Below are positions 53,201 through 54,354 of a DNA stretch of 54,354 nt, one piece after another. The stretch lies in the NCBI GenBank assembly GCA_041686025.1, contig JAWLEP010000004.1, positions 6,156-60,509 of the forward strand, read 5' to 3'. The stretch's first letter is position 1. Each line of letters opens with the position of its first letter. Both the position numbers and the translations under genes were made by a program. Under the pieces are notes generated by a model. The model saw only the letters and a list, made by a program, of their open reading frames with translations. It had not been told where the DNA came from and searched no databases. Origin of the DNA: Candidatus Fermentibacteraceae bacterium. GTDB lineage: Bacteria > Fermentibacterota > Fermentibacteria > Fermentibacterales > JCC-6.

Positions 53201-54007
53201 GCTCTCCACCGGCTCGTCGGCCCGGGCCAGCAGCTCGCCCGTCTCCGGGTCCACAACGTCCTCGGCGAAGGACTTCAGCGTCAGCTCCACCTTCCTGCTG
53301 CGGCTCTTCAGCGCCGAGGAGATGTCCGCCTCCAGGACGGGGTAGAAGCTGGCCAGTATGTCGGAGTCGGTGGCCAGGCCCAGGGCCCGCAGCAGCATGG
53401 TAACGGGAATGCGCTTGGGGCGGCGGTCTATGTTGGCGAAGATGATGTCGTTGTTGTCCAGCATCAGGTCCAGCCAGGAGCCGCGCTGGGGGATCACCCT
53501 GGCGCTGCACACCCGGCGGCCGCGCTGCATGGTCTTCTCCTCGAAGAAGACGCCGGGGCTGCGGTGGAGCTGGTTTACTATGACCCGCTCGGCTCCGTTG
53601 ATGACGAAGGAGCCGGTCTCGGTCATCAGGGGCAGCTCGCCCAGGAAGACCGACTGCTCCACCACGCGGGAGACCTTGCCGGTCTCGTCCACGTCCTTGA
53701 AGGCCAGCCTCAGGGTGGAGGTAAGGGGCGCGGAGTAGGTGAGACCCTTGTTAAGGGCCTCATGGATGTCGTACTTGGGCCTTCCCAGGTCGTAGCTGAC
53801 GTACTCCAGCGAGAACTCACCGTTGGAGCTCTCGATGGGAAAGGTGTCCAGGAAGATCTTGTGCAGGCCCTGGGGAAGCCGCTCTTCGGGAGCGGCGTCC
53901 AGCTGCAGGAAATCCGTGAAGGATTCCTTCTGTATCCTGAGCAGGTTCGGTATCTCGATGGCTGCGCCGACCTTCGCGTAGTTCCTTACAGGTCTTCTTC
54001 TCTTCAC
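50204..54007 (-). CDS. rpoB: RNA polymerase beta subunit
   Basis: QLHRSPG, ETPEGPNIGL, GDKMAGRHGNKG, GGQRLGEMEVW; GTG start. Confidence 0.98.
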   Translation of the reverse strand: MKRRRPVRNYAKVGAAIEIPNLLRIQKESFTDFLQLDAAPEERLPQGLHKIFLDTFPIESSNGEFSLEYVSYDLGRPKYDIHEALNKGLTYSAPLTSTLRLAFKDVDETGKVSRVVEQSVFLGELPLMTETGSFVINGAERVIVNQLHRSPGVFFEEKTMQRGRRVCSARVIPQRGSWLDLMLDNNDIIFANIDRRPKRIPVTMLLRALGLATDSDILASFYPVLEADISSALKSRSRKVELTLKSFAEDVVDPETGELLARADEPVESAEKLEMLVEHGIEKAKFLGSRSEKTDFDGIRKTLTKEESSLGAGAEKSEDEATLWIYEALRGTEAPSLDHARSYLRSMFFDSKRYSLSEVGRYKVNERLNIDTPMDKLTLSVEDLVAIVDNLIRLREGKISADDIDHLGNRRVKTVGELMGQEFSKGLSRMSRTIRDRMGHQDREKLTPHDLVNSRTLSSVITTFFGSSQLSQFMEQTNPLAELTHKRRTSALGEGGLTRERAGFDVRDVHHTHYGRVCPVETPEGPNIGLITTLAVFATINRFGFLETPYRRVVDGHVTEEVVYLSADREDRTTIAEADAEIDSGGNLTGEFVRARRAGTFPMVRPEEVEFIDVSPQQLVGVSAALIPFLEHDDANRALMGSNMMRQAVPLLHTEYPVVGTGMEDLAARDSGALVMASRPGVVHHVDSGKVVVRADTDKYDFEKFDSYRLSKFVRSNQDTCINQRPLVKVGDRVETGQPLADGMATKDARLALGVNALVAFTPWNGYNFEDAIVVSERLLKKDIFSSVHIVEMDTEFRETKLGPEELTREIPNVGEKAKENLDDDGIIKIGSRVHEGDILVGKVTPKGEQDLSPEERLIRAIFGQKAGDVKDASLKAPTGMDGVVIDVKVYSRKDRSDRGRRLAEQKIDRIRAEREDRERRLAEERDNLLAELIKGKKAVSIVDTLTGEVLVPAGRKISATALKKIDFSDVDPDQQLVEDLEADDKARLVLRRAAKMLRKIAEDAEDAEDRVNRGDDLKPGIIKLVKVYIARRRKLRIGDKMAGRHGNKGVVSIVVPEEDMPYLPDGTPVDICLNPLGVPSRMNVGQIMETNLGWAAKKLGFDAVTPVFNSASNEEVREALAEADLPEDGKTVLFDGLTGEPVDERVTVGHMYMLKLAHQVEDKIHSRSTGPYAMVTQQPLGGKAQNGGQRLGEMEVWALEAYGAAHTLREMLTVKSDDTEGRSRAYSAMVNGENIGLPTTPESFNVLLNEMRSLALDVELVTEEEN

Positions 54008-54334
54008 CTGGCACTCCTAACGCCTGCTTTGAATACTCCCGGGCGATAATCTCTTCCGTCGGCCGGTCCAGTGACCGCTGCGGCTCCCTCCGATGCGGGC
54101 AGGGGCGCAAAACGCCCTTCCGCCCGGCCGTTTCCCTCAGGCCGGCGGTGGGGCCGTACGCCCTCTGCTTCATCGGGCCGGGCATCCGCTCTCCCGGCCT
54201 CATCTATTCCGCGTCCCTCCCGCGGCACTGCCGCGACGGCGGGATTCATTCTCGACAGCGCGGCGGACGGAGGGCCGGTTGGGGCCCTCCACCCGCTTGC
54301 TCGCGCTCCCTCGAAAAGGCTGCTGTGGGGCGCG

Positions 54335-54354
54335 TTACTGAAGCTTGACAGTCG
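54335..54354 (-). CDS. rplL: Probable 3' end of 50S ribosomal protein L7/L12
   Basis: Window edge reads ..ACT GTC AAG CTT CAG TAA (TVKLQ*), like the L7/L12 C-terminus, in the canonical position upstream of rpoB; only 20 nt visible. Confidence 0.45.

Noticed and set aside
50387-54049. Very long plus-strand ORFs (also 1231..3852, 17024..19915, 38735..41335, 45563..47953 and others)
   Set aside because: Antisense shadows of well-supported minus-strand genes. High GC3 suppresses stops on the opposite strand, and the translations have no recognisable motifs.

Overview
High-GC bacterial chromosomal window, almost entirely on the minus strand. It probably comes from a diderm FCB-superphylum lineage outside the classical Bacteroidota. 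This is an inference from a PorV/PorQ-like barrel, proteins with T9SS/FlgD-type C-terminal domains, an FCB-style F-loop extension in RpoC and the rpsL-rpsG-fusA-rpsJ order without tuf. The right half (28.4-54.3 kb) is the rpoB-rpoC-str-S10-spc-alpha supercluster, lacking tuf, map and rpsD. The left half holds pfkA, a tol-pal operon, tig-clpP-clpX-engB-purA, a TatD/radical-SAM fusion, rsmA, envelope and glycan genes, a 4Fe-4S ATPase pair, and a possible surface DNA-binding module (ABC solute-binding lipoprotein, OB-fold secreted protein, PorV-like barrel, ComEA-like HhH protein). The most striking observation is a ~200-aa insertion in the SI3 region of RNA polymerase beta' that resembles a catalytically dead STAND/AAA_16-type P-loop NTPase domain. 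Also notable: a bridge-helix F773S-equivalent substitution, a divergent str-operon EF-G, a perfect 33-bp inverted repeat, TTG starts confined to 30S protein genes, and a Pal linker dense in D-T-x O-glycosylation-like motifs. No rRNA, tRNA, CRISPR array or transposase was recognised. All family assignments are by eye; no searches were run.
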